From the NCBI GenBank assembly GCA_965287045.1, contig OZ336871.1, forward strand, positions 64,542,001 through 64,606,000: 64,000 nucleotides of DNA. Reading direction: 5' to 3'. Shown here in pieces: positions 28,300 to 42,351 of this stretch. Both the position numbers and the translations under genes were made by a program. Origin of the DNA: Carcharhinus amblyrhynchos (taxonomy: Eukaryota). The notes beneath the pieces were generated by a model. It worked only from the letters and a program-made list of their open reading frames with translations, was not told the origin of the DNA and made no database searches. The first letter of the stretch is position 1; each line of letters begins with the position of its first letter.

Positions 28300-28890
28300 A
28301 GAGGGGAATCGTGCTTAACCAAGTCACATGCTGGCATTTGAGGTGCCACAACACATTTTATTGTGGAAGATAAAAGATCGTGTAGCAGTTAACATCGGCA
28401 TGAATAGAAGATGGGCTAGCTGACAGGAAACAGGCATAAATGGTTCATTTTCTGGTTGAAGGGATGTGACCAGTGACATGGCACAGGGATCAATCCTGGG
28501 GCGTCAACCTTTTACAATTTATATAAACGATTTGGCTGACGGCTGCAAATTTGCTGATGAGACAAAGATAACGTAAGTTGTGAAGAGGACCTACGAAGGC
28601 TACAAAAGGAGTGGGCAAGGTTCTGGCAAATGGAGTATAATGTGGGAAAATATGAAGTTGACCATTTTGGCATGAAGAATAAAAGCACATTATCTAAACG
28701 AAGAGAGATCTGGTATCCTAAACATGATTCACAAAGTTGGTATGCAGGTAAAGATCAATATTAGAAATGGCAAGTTATTTTGAGGAAAGGTTGGACAGGC
28801 TAGGCTTGTATCTGCTGTAGTTTTGAAGAGTAAGCAGTGACTTGGTTAAGACGTATAACATCCTGAAGGGGTGACAGGATGGATGTCGAG
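28300..28890 (+). mobile_element. CR1 LINE RT fragment with internal deletions
   Basis: CAGGGATCAATCCTGGGG (QGSILG), TTTACAATTTATATAAACGAT (FTIYIND), AAATTTGCTGATGA (KFADE), TGGCAAATGGAGTATAATGTG (WQMEYNV). Confidence 0.75.
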
Positions 28891-28894
28891 AGAA

Positions 28895-31597
28895 GCTACT
28901 GACCGCCATCAACTCGATCAGTGCTGTTTGTGTTGCACATGGGGAGTGCCTTTCTGGTCTTGAGTATTTGGACAGAGTGCTGCAGCTTGAGACCTGCAGT
29001 AACAACACCTTAGACCAAAGACCTTGAAGCAAGATCAAGGAAATTCAATTTGAGGATTTTTGGGTGTGGAGAACTGAGGGCCTCTGCACTACCAAATTTG
29101 TGGCACAGCTACTGAAAGATGTGCTGGACTTGCCTGAGATGTTGCTGCTAGACAGCTCTCACCACAGCCTGCAATCCAAGCCGAAAACTATGCTGAGGCC
29201 ATGGCCTTTCGTTATTGAATTCCATTACTATCGTTTCAAGGAAGAATTCTGCAGCTGTTGAGACGGGTACCCTGCTCTGCAAAGGCAACTGAATTGTTAC
29301 TTTTATGGATTTTGCTGCAGCAGTAGCCAAGAAAAGAGCTGCCTTTGTGGAGTCTCAAAGCCTAGGCCCAAGAGCAAAATTTGGCATGTTCTATCCTGCT
29401 AGGTTAAAGGTCGCTGATCGCAACAATGTTCAGAAAATATTCCTTGATCCCAAAAAAGACTATTATGTGAAACATGTTACTGGTTGACTGTCTGAGTTTA
29501 ATGGGCTGCAATGTATGTCAACATTCCATTGGATTTCAGCTGAGAAACCTTTTCTCGGTTCTACAGCTGCCCATTGTGCATTACTAATGTTGAACACTTG
29601 ATGGTAGTACGATATTAATAGTGATTGCGAAGTTTGAAGGTCTTTGATTATGATTTTTTTTGTGATAACAATTAAAATTGCCACAAAGTATCGTTGGGCT
29701 CTTTGGTATTTGTAGCTGGGAATGACTCTTGCGTTTTATTTCACCTCTGGTAGGGTTTTGGACACAAGTTCTTCTGAATTATCCCTATGTTCACATCGCT
29801 CTTTAGAAGAGAGGGACTGGGTGCAGCCTTTGGTGGGGGGTAGGGAGAGAGACTGATGTTGGGGACTTTTTTTTTCTATTTTTGTTCTTTTCTCCTTTCT
29901 GTGGTTGCTCTTTTTAAATGAAGGCTGTTGGTTTGTCATTTGTTCCAACTTGGTTGTCTCAGTCTGGTCAGTTCATTTTCCTTTGTGTGATGACACTAAA
30001 GAAATTTTATCCGATGTGTGCAAAGTTTCTACAAATGTTGTTAATTGAAATGTAAAAAGGCTGATTTGCCCTGTGAAATGCAGGAAGGCATTTTCTCATG
30101 CAAAAGCATTGCTTTTCTTGAAACCCATTTGCACACTTTTAGAACACTTTTTCGACTCAGGAAGGGATGCCTGGGGCAAGTCTTTCATTATAAATCACAG
30201 GGCTACAATTTTGATTTGTTAATATACCATTTGTCTCTTCACACAGCAGATTGTATCTGGTAGTTTATTTAGTAAATGAATAATTCTGGTCAACCGGTAG
30301 TCATCTAATTGGGATGATGCTTGGTAATTCAGCAATTTTATTTCTTTTGCACAATTGTCATCTGATTCTCAATGGGGACTTAACTTGCATTTTAAATCAT
30401 TCTCTTGACTTCTAAAACTGGCTCGTGCTTTGTTCTGTGACGGCTTTTGGTAACTCCTTTCTAGAAAGTTACAGATTATTGTTTTTTTTTCTCACCAGTT
30501 CATCATTCTTAATCGAGAATAGACATTTTAATTTGACTGCAGTGACTATTATAGCATTGTTATATCTGACCATGCCTCCTATTGATGTTTCCTGAAAATG
30601 TATCTTCCCCGCCCCCCCCCCCCCCCCCCCCTCAGTATTTTAGTCTGTTCTTCACTCTGAAGAATTTATTAAGTTTATCTCCTCATTTGATTTGTTCTTG
30701 GATGTCAATATGACCCCTGATGTAACTGTATCCATTATTTGGGAAGCATTTAAGATTTATATAGTGGTCAGATTATTTCATACACTGCAAGAGTCAACGC
30801 GCAGCACTCAAATTGCCTAACTGAACTTGTTGACCTTGTACTCCAAATTGACCAGTTTGGCGTACACCACTGCGCCAACTTCTGAACTTTAAATTCTGTC
30901 TGTAAATCAAATCTTTCCTTATCTTTTATCCACAAACTAAGCTGAGCAAATTATTCTGAAATCAAGACAACAGTCTTGTGAGCATGGTGGAAAAAGCCAG
31001 CAAACTACTTTCCCAACAACTTCAAGTCATTTGGCCTTTGATCTGACCACGGAGGTTTGCACTGAATCTGGTACTTCTGTATGACATCACACACATATAT
31101 AAAAGTCAATTTAAAACATTCTATTCTACCATGTATTCCTCAGAGGCTGCAGACAATTCTTGCTTTCTTTCATTTTTTGACAAACTTGACACTCCAACCT
31201 TGATTTTCAACATTTTCATATATGTGGCACATCCATTGAGATTAACCCTATTATTCATACTTCTGGGATAATCCCTGATGAGATGCCTGTAAATCACCAC
31301 CAGTCAGATGTCTTGGCCTTTTGCTTCATTGTTTGCACACAAGTCAGTGGCTCCCCACTTGCAGTGGGTCAAGAAGATGATATTTCTTGAAATTGAAAGG
31401 ATTAAGTACACTGCGCAGATCAGTTTACAAAAATTTAATTCCATCTAGCAATCTATTGTCATTTTGGCAGTTGTTTCCTGAGTTGAATAATTCAGTTTTT
31501 GTTTCTATCTTCACCTGTTGTTTGTTTGAACTTTTTCTTTGCCTGTATTTTATGATGTACCTTTCTGTAAAAACCAATAAATGAAGGTTTGAAAAAA
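28895..31597 (+). mobile_element. Degenerate L1-clade LINE (ORF1 C-terminus, endonuclease, RT largely deleted, 3' end)
   Basis: ORF1-like DFAAAVAKKRAAF..FGMFYPARLKV; endonuclease-like IAFLETHL..RLRKG.LGQVFH, RID and SDH remnants; WEAFK and EHGGK-like segments; AATAAA at 31576-31581 then a short A-rich tail. Confidence 0.7.
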
Positions 31598-31599
31598 CA

Positions 31600-32660
31600 A
31601 CATAAAGGGGAACTAATGGATGTATTAACTTAGATTTTCCACAGGCATTTGGTAAAGTGCCACATCAAAAGCTACACAACTATTGTGGAAGATAAAAGCT
31701 CATGAGGATTGGCTGGCTAACAGGAAGTAGAGTAGGCATAAATGTCTTTTTCAGGTTGGCAAGATGTACCAAATGATGTGCCACAGGGACCTCAACTGTT
31801 TACAACTTGTATAATTAACTTCGATGAAAGGATGGATGGGATGGTTGCAAAATTTGCTGATGGCACAAAGATTGGTAGGAAAGCATGTTGTGAACGAGAC
31901 ATGGGGCTATAAAAAGACATGAGTGGAATATGGGAGAATGTGAAATTGTTCATTTTGGGAAGAAGAATAAAAAGTGTCATCTAAATGAGAGATTGCAGAG
32001 CTGGAAGATGCAGTGGGACCTGGGTGTCTTAGTGCATGAATTGCAAAAGGCTTGTATGCAGGTTCAGCAAGTAAGTAGGAGAGTTAATAGAATGTTATTG
32101 TGAGGGGAATTAATTATAAAAGTAGCAAGATTGTTTAAGTTGTACAGAGCACCAGCAAGACCTTATGGAGTACTGTGTAAAATATTGGTCACCTTATTTT
32201 AAGGAAGGATGTAAATGCATTGGAAGTAGTTCAGGGAAGGTTTACCTAATATCTGGAATGAGTGTATTATCTTATGAAGAAAGTGAAGAACCAGCTAGAC
32301 TTGTACCCACTGGCATTTAGTAGAGTTAGATGCAACTTAATCAAAACCTTTCCTGAAAGGTCTTGTCAGGGTGACAGGATGGACGTGGAAAGGTTATTTC
32401 CTGTTGTGGGAGAATCCAGTATTAAGCAGGTCAGCCATTTACAACAGATGAAAATTTTTTGAGGGTTGTGAGTCTTTGGAACTTTGGAGAGGTGGGTGGA
32501 AAGTATAAGTCGAATCCTTGAATATTATTAAGCAAGAACCTTTTGAAAGTAAGGGGGTAATAGTAATCTACTCCAAATAACTTATCAGATCAGCCATTGC
32601 CTTTGGGGTTGCGGGGGAGGGTGGTGCCTGAATATCTGCCTCCAGCTGCTTGTTCGTATG
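31600..32660 (+). mobile_element. CR1 LINE, 5'-truncated and degraded
   Basis: LDF..AFGKVPH, VPQG, KFADGTKIG and EYCV..WSP motifs, plus a CR1-like 3' UTR. Confidence 0.8.
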
Positions 32661-33861
32661 CATCTGTAAAACTATACAGTTTGGTGAAGGACTACTGGTG
32701 TTCATATTAAAGTCTTTCCAACCTCTTATCTAGAATAATATAGTTTTCCTTTAATAAACATTTTGTGTTGAAAGTGCATGAGCATACTCCTGTGACCGTG
32801 TTCAGTAACTGCCCTCCATTGTTTCTAAAAAGAAATTGGGATCTGTCAAACCAGGTTTTGTTCTGGGATCTGACTTGTTCAGCTGTAACAATGGGAAGAC
32901 AATACAATATAATTGACACAACTTTCTAAAGCTTAGATGAGTAGGGAGACCTTGATGGTGTGTGTTATCTGGGTTTATAAAGACATAGCACATGCTATGA
33001 AATGTTGTACCTGAAAAGATTGCAGCAGCTGATTCCATAAATAATTTGAAAAGGAAATTTGGTAGGTGCTTGAAGATGAGGACCTTGCAGGGTGTTGGAC
33101 CAAAAGTCCAGATGTGGGGCTAAACATGACTGCTCTTGCAGGGAGCCATCACAGCCCCATGGGCAGAGTGGTCTCCTCCTGTGCAGCAGATTTCTATGAT
33201 TTTTGCATTTTGAATTTCTTTTAAAAAGAAATTTCAGTTAATGGGAAATACATATTGGTAATCGGTTAGCTCCAAACTTCCAATTACAGCTTTTCTAACT
33301 TGAACAATTTGCAAACTGAAGATATAATGCGTTTTCTAAGTTAACTGTTGCAAAGAATTTGCTACATCACTGAGCATTCTTGGCTTACTTGAATGTTGTA
33401 TTTGAAATTGATGCAATCAAAACAAGGATGGCTGTAGAACAGGGTTCCTTTGTATACGCAGAAGAAAAGGCGAAGTACTTCACATTCTAAGTATATGAAA
33501 AGAAGTAGGAAACTCTGGAAGCACTTAGTGGATAGCATCTTTGGAGAGAACATCAAATTAATATTTCAGGTATAACTCCGTCAGAACTGAAGAATATAAC
33601 AAATGAGTAACATTGAAGAGAAATCGCACGTGCCCTTGGCTGTAACATGTTTAGTAGGAAACAGAACAGCATATTAGTAGCTAAAAAGGAACACTCGGTA
33701 TATAGGTGGATACGGGTAAACTGGCGGAGAAAGCTCCAATGGCCCTGGAATCTGGTAGAAGAATATAAATCAATGCCAAGGATAGCGAGCAGCTCACCAG
33801 AGTAGTGCTGAGTCCCCAAGGTAAAGCACCAACCAAACATTTTCGCTTTCCCATTTACATT

Positions 33862-34445
33862 GAACATAAGAAATAGGAGTAGGCCACCTAGCCCTTCGAG
33901 CCTGCCCCGCCATTCAGTAAGATCATGGGTGATCTGTCGTGTCTCAGTTCCACATTCCCGCCCTCCCACCATAACCCTTAATCCCCTTGCCTATCAAAAA
34001 CCTATCAACCCGCGTCTTAAATATATTTAGCGAGGCAGCCTCCACCACTTCAACGGGCAGAGAATTCTAGAGATTCACCACCCTTTGAGTGAAGAAGTTC
34101 CTCCTCAACTCCGTTCTAAAACGCCCCCTCCCCCCCTTTTATCTTGAGGCTGTGCCCTCTAGTCCTACTGTCTTTTCTGATCGGGAAGAGCCTCTCCATC
34201 TCTATCCTATCCATCCCATTCATCATCATGTATGTCTCAATGAGATCTCCCCTCATTCTTCTAAACTCTAACGAGTACAAGCCTAGCTTATTCAGCCTCT
34301 CCTCATAGTTCAACCCCCTCAACTCCGGTATCAGCCTAGTAAACCTCCTCTGCACTCCCTCCAAGGCGAAAATATCCTTGCATAAGTGCGGCGACCAAAA
34401 CTGCACACAGTACTCCAGCTGCGGAGTCACCAGTGCCCTGTACAT
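33862..34445 (-). mobile_element. Young CR1 (HER1-like) 3' fragment
   Basis: ORF PQLEYCVQFWSPHL.KDI.ALEGVQRRFTRLIP..RGDLIETY; near-identical to the 47110-48127 copy; GAACATAAGAAATAGG tail. Confidence 0.92.
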
Positions 34446-36674
34446 TGCCAAAATTTCTGAATAGAAAGTAGTAGGTTTAGTCCAAAAATCAGTACCATCA
34501 CCAGAAGATTGCAAGGTTTCTAATTGGAAAGAAAGTGCCGTTTTGATCTTTCTGGGAATAGTGTGTAAAAAAAAACCTGAAACTGAGGAAATGGTGGGTT
34601 GGAGAAATAAATGACTGGGTGTTCAGAGTCATGTGACAGTCAGAGATAGTCGTATTTGTATTTTGAACACTTTTAATGATTGTGTTTAAATGCTGCAGTG
34701 CTTTATACCACCTAGACTTGAACTCTTCAAATAATGTGGCCTATATTTACATTTCTTGTTATTTACAATGTATATTGAAGGTTTTCTGTTCAGCATGACA
34801 GAATATTTTACAAGTCTTGAATCCTGTTTTTTGCCTTCAATATTTTCTAATTTAGCCAAACTTGTGTTTCAACTTTTAAATGTTCTAAACTGTTGGGATT
34901 AAAGAGGTTTTTTAGTTCTGTAAATGTGGTTAAAGAACTGATTCTGAGATGGAAAATATCAGCTGCAGATTGCTCTTGTCGTGTGATTTTTGTGTATAAG
35001 CTATCGCCATGTTTCTTGATTTTTGTCTTTATTTGCCTGGAATTGCTAATTCAGTGTTGGTTGTATAATAAAAGTTCTTTATCACTTTTAGTTGGAAGCA
35101 GTTTATATGCCAGTTACAAAATGTATACATAAAAGCTGGAATGGGAGAAGTGCGCAGTTTTTACTAATCCACAGGTCGCACCATTAGGGTAAATGTTAAA
35201 TTCACTCATCAAAATGGCTAATTGTTTGCCTTGGCCGCAGTGTGACCCAGAGTAAAAGACATTAAGTATGCTTCTTCCAACAAAAACTCAATGATTTTAT
35301 GATGTAGTGAACTTTTTTTTCTGAAACAAGTTGCAAAAACTGGTGAACATGCAATCTGTAATCCAGAAGCGTAACTATGTACCTCTTTAAATCCCAACAT
35401 GCATGCGCACAGATGCATGTGCACACATGAACAAAGGACAAACAAAAAGGGCCTCTGCAGAAGTTGGTATGAGGAAGAGCTTTTCCTGGTGGAGTAATTG
35501 ATGAAAAAGGATAAAATTTGAAGGGTTTGGATATGGTCAATCTGATGCTTCTGCATCTGCTGGCTCATTGATCACGGTGCTGTCTGAAAGTTCTTTCCAA
35601 GGGACTTTCAGGATATCCCTGTTCTTGGGGATGTTCTTTTATTGTGACTTCTCAGGCTTCTGAATACAGATGAGCCACACTAAGGTGAGAGGTTTTCTGG
35701 AGATGGACACCATCGCTGAACTCCGTGCAAAACAAAGGGAGAGAGATTTCTGGTTTGTTCCCAAAACTCGACTACAAAAAACCTGTTTAAACAGAAGTCT
35801 GATCAGGTGTTTTTCCAGAAAAACAGGAGTTTACAGCCTGAAAACAAACAGCTTTTTTTTTGTGTGTAAACCAGCAATTAAGTCAAGTAAACAATTAGTC
35901 AGGAATTGCTGGTCATTTAGTTAGTCATGTGATTTCTTCAAAGAAGGAACTTGCTCACGGTCCAAGGTGAACTTGTAACCTTTTTATAAAAAAAAGTCCA
36001 GGTTAATTCCATGTCCATCCAACTTTAAAAAGAGTTCTTGGAGATGTGTATTCCTAACAAAATGAATTCTCTGAACACTTCTGATAGGAAATAATGGATC
36101 ATTTTGGGTTTAATGGCTTTAAGAAGCTTCTAAACAATTTATAATAACACATGTTGATCTAGGGATGGGCTGGCCATGTGGGAAATTGGAAGCTTCCTGA
36201 GTGTCTTGATGAATAGTTCCATAGTGCTGTATTTTCCCACAGCAGATATCAGGTGCTTGACTGACGGTACTTTTTGGAAACAAGTCAACCCTTGACAAAA
36301 TCTGCTAACGTATTTTCAAGTTGTGTACTTATTATTGTGTATGCATTGTTTCTGAGACAATACATGTGATACCACGTACAAGTGCTGTGGTTTGTGATTG
36401 TAGTTGGATTTTATGTTTTCTGGAGGTAGCCCAAGTTGTACTTGTGGAAGAAGATTTTGGCATTGAATGGTCGTCTTCTAATGCTAATATAATCAAATTT
36501 TTAAAGAAATTTTGTATCATCGTAGGCATTTGTACAGATTGATTTTTACAAAAGTCATAACTGACTGACACTAAAACAATCTATCCTGTATGGTTAAGAA
36601 AATAAGTGAGGGTGTTTGCTAATGATTTGCAGTGCACTTTCTCAAACTGTCAGAAAAGCCTGCTTGTTGCAAGA

Positions 36675-36980
36675 CCTGGACTTGCAGAGACTATTTCCTT
36701 GGGTGTATGTAGCTGTTACTAGGGGGCGTAACTTTAAGGTTCATAGTGAGAAATATAGGAGGGATGTCTGTGGTAGATATCTTTACTCAGTGGTTGGGGT
36801 ATGGAATGCACTGCCTGCTGTGATAGTGGGGTTGAACACTTTAGGAACTTGCAAGCAGTTATTGGATAGGCACATGGAACACACCAGAATGATGGGGAGT
36901 GGGATAGCTTGATCTTGGTTTCAGACATAACTTGGCACAACATCAAGGGCCAAAGGGCCTGTACTGTTCTTTGTTCTATG
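36675..36980 (+). mobile_element. CR1 3' fragment of a different subfamily
   Basis: TRGRNFKV..VVGVWNALP.VIV..LLDRHM; tail GGGCCTGTACTGTTCTTTGTTCTATG. Confidence 0.75.
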
Positions 36981-37039
36981 ATGGCTGCTTGAGTGCCAAT
37001 TCTCAGAGTCTAACCACCTCCCTTTGATGCTGTAGTATT

Positions 37040-37570
37040 GCCATTATCTAGTACCTCACCATCAGCATCTTGGAGGATGCCATGAATCAGAAATTGAATC
37101 AGCTGCGTAAGTCAGTACCAGATCATAGCTGGGTATTCTGAGAGGGGAAATTGACCTTTTGGCTCCGCAAAGACTTCCCACCATCCAGAGACAAGGGCTT
37201 AATAGAATATTCTTCACTTTGCTTGGATCAGTGCTGCTTCAACAATATTCCAGTTTGGTACCAACTGTGATGAAGCAGCACAATCTGCTTGATTGGGCAG
37301 TTTGACCATCACTTTGCATACTCAATCCCTCCACCACTGCACTGTGACTGCAGTGTGCACAATGCACAGGGGCAACATCACCCAATTATCAACATTCCTC
37401 CTTTGTTCCTGGGCCAAAATCATGGAGTACAATGGGGGAATACCTTCAGCACTTGCCTGTAGTTGCCCAAGAAAGCTCACTACTACCTCACTGAAAGCTT
37501 CAGGTGATCATCAATAACTGCTGGCTGCTTTAGTGATGCCCATACCCAAGCATGAACTTTTCAAAAACAA
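37040..37570 (+). mobile_element. Old CR1/L2-group LINE 3' fragment
   Basis: GAATATTCTTCACTTTGCTTGGAT, TCCCTCCACCACTGCACTGTGACTGCAGTGTG and a tail like CAATAACTGCTGG..GATGCCCATACCC; related to 54640-55110, 63840-64000 and 43830-44220 (minus). Confidence 0.55.
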
Positions 37571-40500
37571 ATGATCTCGTGTTGACAATTTATTCACAGC
37601 CATGAAAAGCTATCAATACCAGGTTGTCCTACAGTTTGCTGGTTCAGGAACTGATTCACTTTTGATTTTGACGATTGCAAATGAAGTTGACATTTGTAAT
37701 GCTAGGTGCCAACCTTTTTAAACTTAGTTTACATCTACTTTGCACTAAAGAATCTGGTTTATCCACTTTTTAGTGCAGTTTGTTTTTAAAATGCATGGTG
37801 TAAAGCTGTCCTTTTATAAGAGGCAAAACATTACAGGTGGGCTTTTTAGCTTTCTGGTGATCCAGTTGAAAAGCTGATTTAAGAAAGCCTCCTTTACTAA
37901 TGTAATTTCTAAAAGTTGTAAGAAATCAATGTCTTGGTTTATGTACTCTAATACTTCAGATTGACATGGTGGAAGCTTTGGTAAACCCCAGATATGTTGG
38001 AAAATGAAAATAATTGAATATTATTACCAGAACTTAGTTGCTTTTCTCACTTTTGATCTGAACAATATGAAATGTCGCTGATATTCAGGAAATCAAATCT
38101 TATCTGAGAGATTCAACTAATTGCACAGCAAAATTAGCTAGATGTTTTGGTTTTCTTCAACTGCTTGGATAAATTTAAATGCCCAAATTGGGGGAAATGA
38201 TAGATTGTAGCCTTTTCCATTCCTATAATAAAGATGATAAAAGATGGAAATACCATGTGGGGCATTTGTCAGTTGTGTTTCCACCATATTTGGCAGCCTT
38301 TTCATGAGATGATGGTTTGCGCCGTTCTGACCAACTCCAGTGCCTCTGTATTGAGACTATCAACTTTGGCATGATTTTATCTGCAGCAAATGCAGCAGAG
38401 ACAAACACTGAACTGAGAAGGTGTATGATTCACTGGTCTGTTTTCTTCTGCCTTTTTATATTCCCAGTACTCTCAACTCACTAGGCAGCTTCCCATCCAT
38501 ATAATGTCTTTTGTTGTCAGGATCATGATTGTGGAAAACATCAGAGCACATGGTGGAGAATATATCCATCCCTTTCCAATTTGTATTTTGGGTAGCATCT
38601 TTTGGAATGTTAAGGATAGGGGCATTTCTAATGCTTCAATGTTTTCTGGTCCTGAGCAAAGATCTCCCTTTTTTAAAAAAAGTTAGTTTCTCCTTCAAAT
38701 GCTGACCAACTTTTCATTTAATGACACTTGATTTTATGATACAATTGAACTATTGAAAAATCCTACCTAGACAATGGCTATCAGTAAAATGCTTAATTGT
38801 TCTGAATTGTATCAAACATTTTGAAGAAAACAATGTTTCAGAAGGTTTAAATGGTGAGTTGTTGTCACCTTTTTCTTGTTTCAAAATAACGAAGGTCTCT
38901 GTGTCACCTTTGCATGCTTTGACACTTGACTGTGATGAGTTTCTAATATTGGTCCTTCCACAACCTAACGTGAAATTTTTAATTTTTTTGCTCTTCAAAA
39001 AGACATTTTGTTTGTGCAAGAAGTTCATTTAAACATTTGTAATACTTTCAGCGCTTTTTCTGAAATTGGAACCATAATTTCTCAACAGTTAATATTCATT
39101 TGGGTTTGCTGTTAACCAAATTTATTTAGGGAAAATTAGAATTTTTCAGGAAGTTGTAATTTATTGCTCATTAATCGAAATATTTTTAAAAGATATTGAC
39201 ATCCATTATTGAGTTTCAAATTCTACTATTAGTGTATGAGTTGTTTAAATGTTTTTAAGATTAGATAATATTGCATATCACTAAAACCATTTTATCCCCT
39301 CTCCTGCTTCCAATGAAACACTCTCTTTCCTTTTCTTTCTCTCTCTCTTTTCCCTGCAACTTCCACAAGAGAAATTTCAATTGACTAATGTTAGCCCAGA
39401 CTGAGACTGGTTTTTAAACTGTATTGAAAATGGTTTAATTGGCTTCAATAAGGCTTTTTTAGAATGAAGCACCATATCAGATTCCAGTTAGAAATTTAAA
39501 ATTTTACGCCTGCTTGTTGCAGAATAAGGCAAAAATTCAATAATCTTTTCATGGTATTTAGAGTTGGGAAAATTGCTAAATGATTTGATAGCTAAAAATG
39601 TATTTTGTGTTGCTTTATGCATTCACATGCTGTCATTGTGGAGGTTCCCAATCCTGCCCCCAACTGGTATCACCAAAGTGTGCACATTGAGCCGATCAGT
39701 TGCAGATGAATCATGAAATGGAGGATAGTTTATAAAACAAATTTCTGCAGGATTATATTAGGTAAGAATCATTTTTTAAATAGCAATATTAGTATTGTAA
39801 CCCTTTTACATACAAAATAATATGTCCTTTCAGTTGTCAAAAGTAGCATGAAAGGTGCATTGGTGTGCAACAGATTGGATTATATCATTTGCCACTGATG
39901 CTAGTCCAGATTTTTATGGCGGGAGTTGCAATTCTGGAGAAGTATAGAGGGGGTTTGGAAATAGTTTGGTTCAAAAAATAAATTGCATGATAGGGCAGAA
40001 ATACTTCCCAAAAAAAAGTAAATCTAATGCAAAGAAATGGTCTACAAAATTTTAAGTAATGATGTGCGTACTCTTATTAGAGTAATGACTCTTCGAACAT
40101 TTTTGGAATCAGTGATTGAGCTTCCCCACCCTCCCTTAACTTATATTAATCAAACTGTTCTTGGTCCAGGAGTAAATAGTGTGAATTGATTTCTGTAGTT
40201 GTGCAGAACCACTGATGCAAATAATAGTTTGTGTTTTGGTTTGGAGTAAGCAGTTGAGTTTCGCAGCCATCTGAACTTGTACTTTATTTTCTGATTTCTA
40301 TTCTGAATGACTTCATCTTTTCCTTTTGGACTTTTAAAATCTTCATTAATGACTGTTTTGCTTGTACGGATCTCTAGCTAAGACTACAGATTGGCTGTTT
40401 ACGTACTGGGTTTTATGGGTTTTGGGCTACTGGAACATCAGTGACAAATGTTTAGAGGCTTGGATCCTGTTGGTGCTGGTTACCTTGGGCTTATCCATTG

Positions 40501-40664
40501 AATAAAGTGCCATCTTGAACAGTGATGTGCAGCATTAATGTCATGGGCGGGGGGGTAGCTGGGGAAGGTGTTGGGAAACTACTTGAAGTATTTAAACATT
40601 GATGTTTAACTTAAAGGAAAAAAAACCTTTTGTTCTATTTTACAAATTATCTTTCTTTCTGCAG

Positions 40665-40713
40665 GAGTCGGAAACTTCAGATTAGGAACATACCCCCTCA
40701 CTTGCAGTGGGAG
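40665..40713 (+). CDS. IGF2BP3: IGF2BP3 coding exon 3 (start of RRM2)
   Basis: Polypyrimidine tract plus TGCAG| acceptor, donor GAG|GTAAGT; 49 nt, in phase; encodes (R)SRKLQIRNIPPHLQWE. Intron 2 is 14073-40664 (26,592 nt). Confidence 0.93.
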
Positions 40714-42351
40714 GTAAGTGTGTCTTAATGTTTAGTAGATAGTTACAGTGGATATTTAAATTCCTTTCTATGCTGTCAGTCTTAGTAAATATGAGATTTA
40801 AACAAAATGAAAACTTGTGGATATAAACGGGAAGTTGTGTTGCACCCATTAGAATATTTTAGCTTTGAAGCAAGGTGGTAACACTGGTTTCAGCGTTTCA
40901 AATAGTGAGGTGACAGTCGCAGTGTTGGATGAGGGGTGGCAGTTGTATTGTCTTGGAAATGGCTGATGTAGAGTCAAACCAAGCTTGAGGATGTTGTAAG
41001 GAAAGTCTGAAGTAAGCCCAAGGCACTTAATTCATGGGCCAGGAGGAGCATTTGAAACAGTTCCCTGGGGCAGTCAATCAGCCTATCCTTGCCAGATTTC
41101 AAGGCAGCTTAAATTGGTGCAAGGTGACCATCATGGAAGATGCAAGCCCCTTTTCTCTTCAGCATTTTGAACTGGGTGTTGTTGAGAATGGCGTACTCCC
41201 CGGTGAGTTGATCAGCACAATTATTCTGTACCTGGATCATCCAGTAACCTTATTCGGAAGTGGAGTACGGCAGAGGATGCAATTTGATTTAAAAATGAGA
41301 AATCCTATGATTTCCAAGTGATGTACCCTGAGGATGGTTTTGCTTTTTTAATAATGCCGTGAGTAAAAATATGGTGAATTAAGTTTCCACCTATGCCTAA
41401 GATGCCAAGATAGGAGTTAGTGTAAATGATACAGCCAGATTCCAAAGGCTTTAAGGTCATGGGAATCACATTGAATAACGATGATCACGTTCTATTCGAT
41501 TTAAGAGTGAAATTATTCTGAGAACAAGGAACCAAAACAAGTATGGGACATTTCCATCTTAATGTCATTAAAAGAAATTTTGGACAATTTTGGTATTTAT
41601 ACCTAGACTTAGTAATTCTGATTTGGCTGATATAACTGAGTGACTCGCTAGACTACTTCAGAAGGCAGTTAAAAAGAAAGATGTGTGTCACGTGTTGAAC
41701 TAGGTAAAGATTATGAGGCAAATTTTACTGTCTTGCCCGCCGTGGGAATTGAGGTTGACCTTGGGCAGGACTTTCCAGTTTCGGGGGTGAGTGAGGCCAG
41801 AGAATCCTGCCCTATGGGGGCAGGATTACTAAAAGATATTTTCAGATTTCTTCTTCACTTGTTCAAATTCTCAAACTGTCATGGTGGAGTTTAAAAATGT
41901 AATGGATCCTGGTTTATTAATCCATGCCTCAGTGTTATGTTAGTCAAATAACATAACCTGTTCATTGCCTGCCTCTTGTTTTCAGAAAAAAGGTGCTTCA
42001 GGCTATTGTGGATAAACCTGCAACTTCCAAAACTAAATACATTTTTTTTAAAAAAAGTGAAATGACTTGCATTATTAGAAGCAGTGCACAAATCATAATG
42101 GATGGTCTCTGTATAGAGTACTTGGTGCTGCTTTTGTTACCTACTCATAGGAAAATTGCATTGCTCTTGAGAGGAATCAATAATATGATTTCAGAAGGCA
42201 AATTTCAATAATGAGGAATTTAAATGATGAGCAATGAGAGAAAAGTTAGTATTTGAATTTGTCAGGAGATTTATCTCTTATCAAAAACTTTGAAATACCT
42301 GAGGGCACAAGTTAGAAATTATGAAATTACTTGCAAGGAAAGTTGATAGAA

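Noticed and set aside
30607-30632. Long poly-C/G runs (also ~6476, 9689, 13423, 14949, 50413) as functional G-quadruplexes
   Set aside because: Homopolymer slippage; the run varies among otherwise similar CR1 copies and lengths may include sequencing error.
40915-40975. Possible exon 4 (GTGTTGGAT = VLD)
   Set aside because: No polypyrimidine tract or in-phase acceptor, and the following residues do not resemble VLDSLL.QYG.VE; the region looks like an old LINE fragment.
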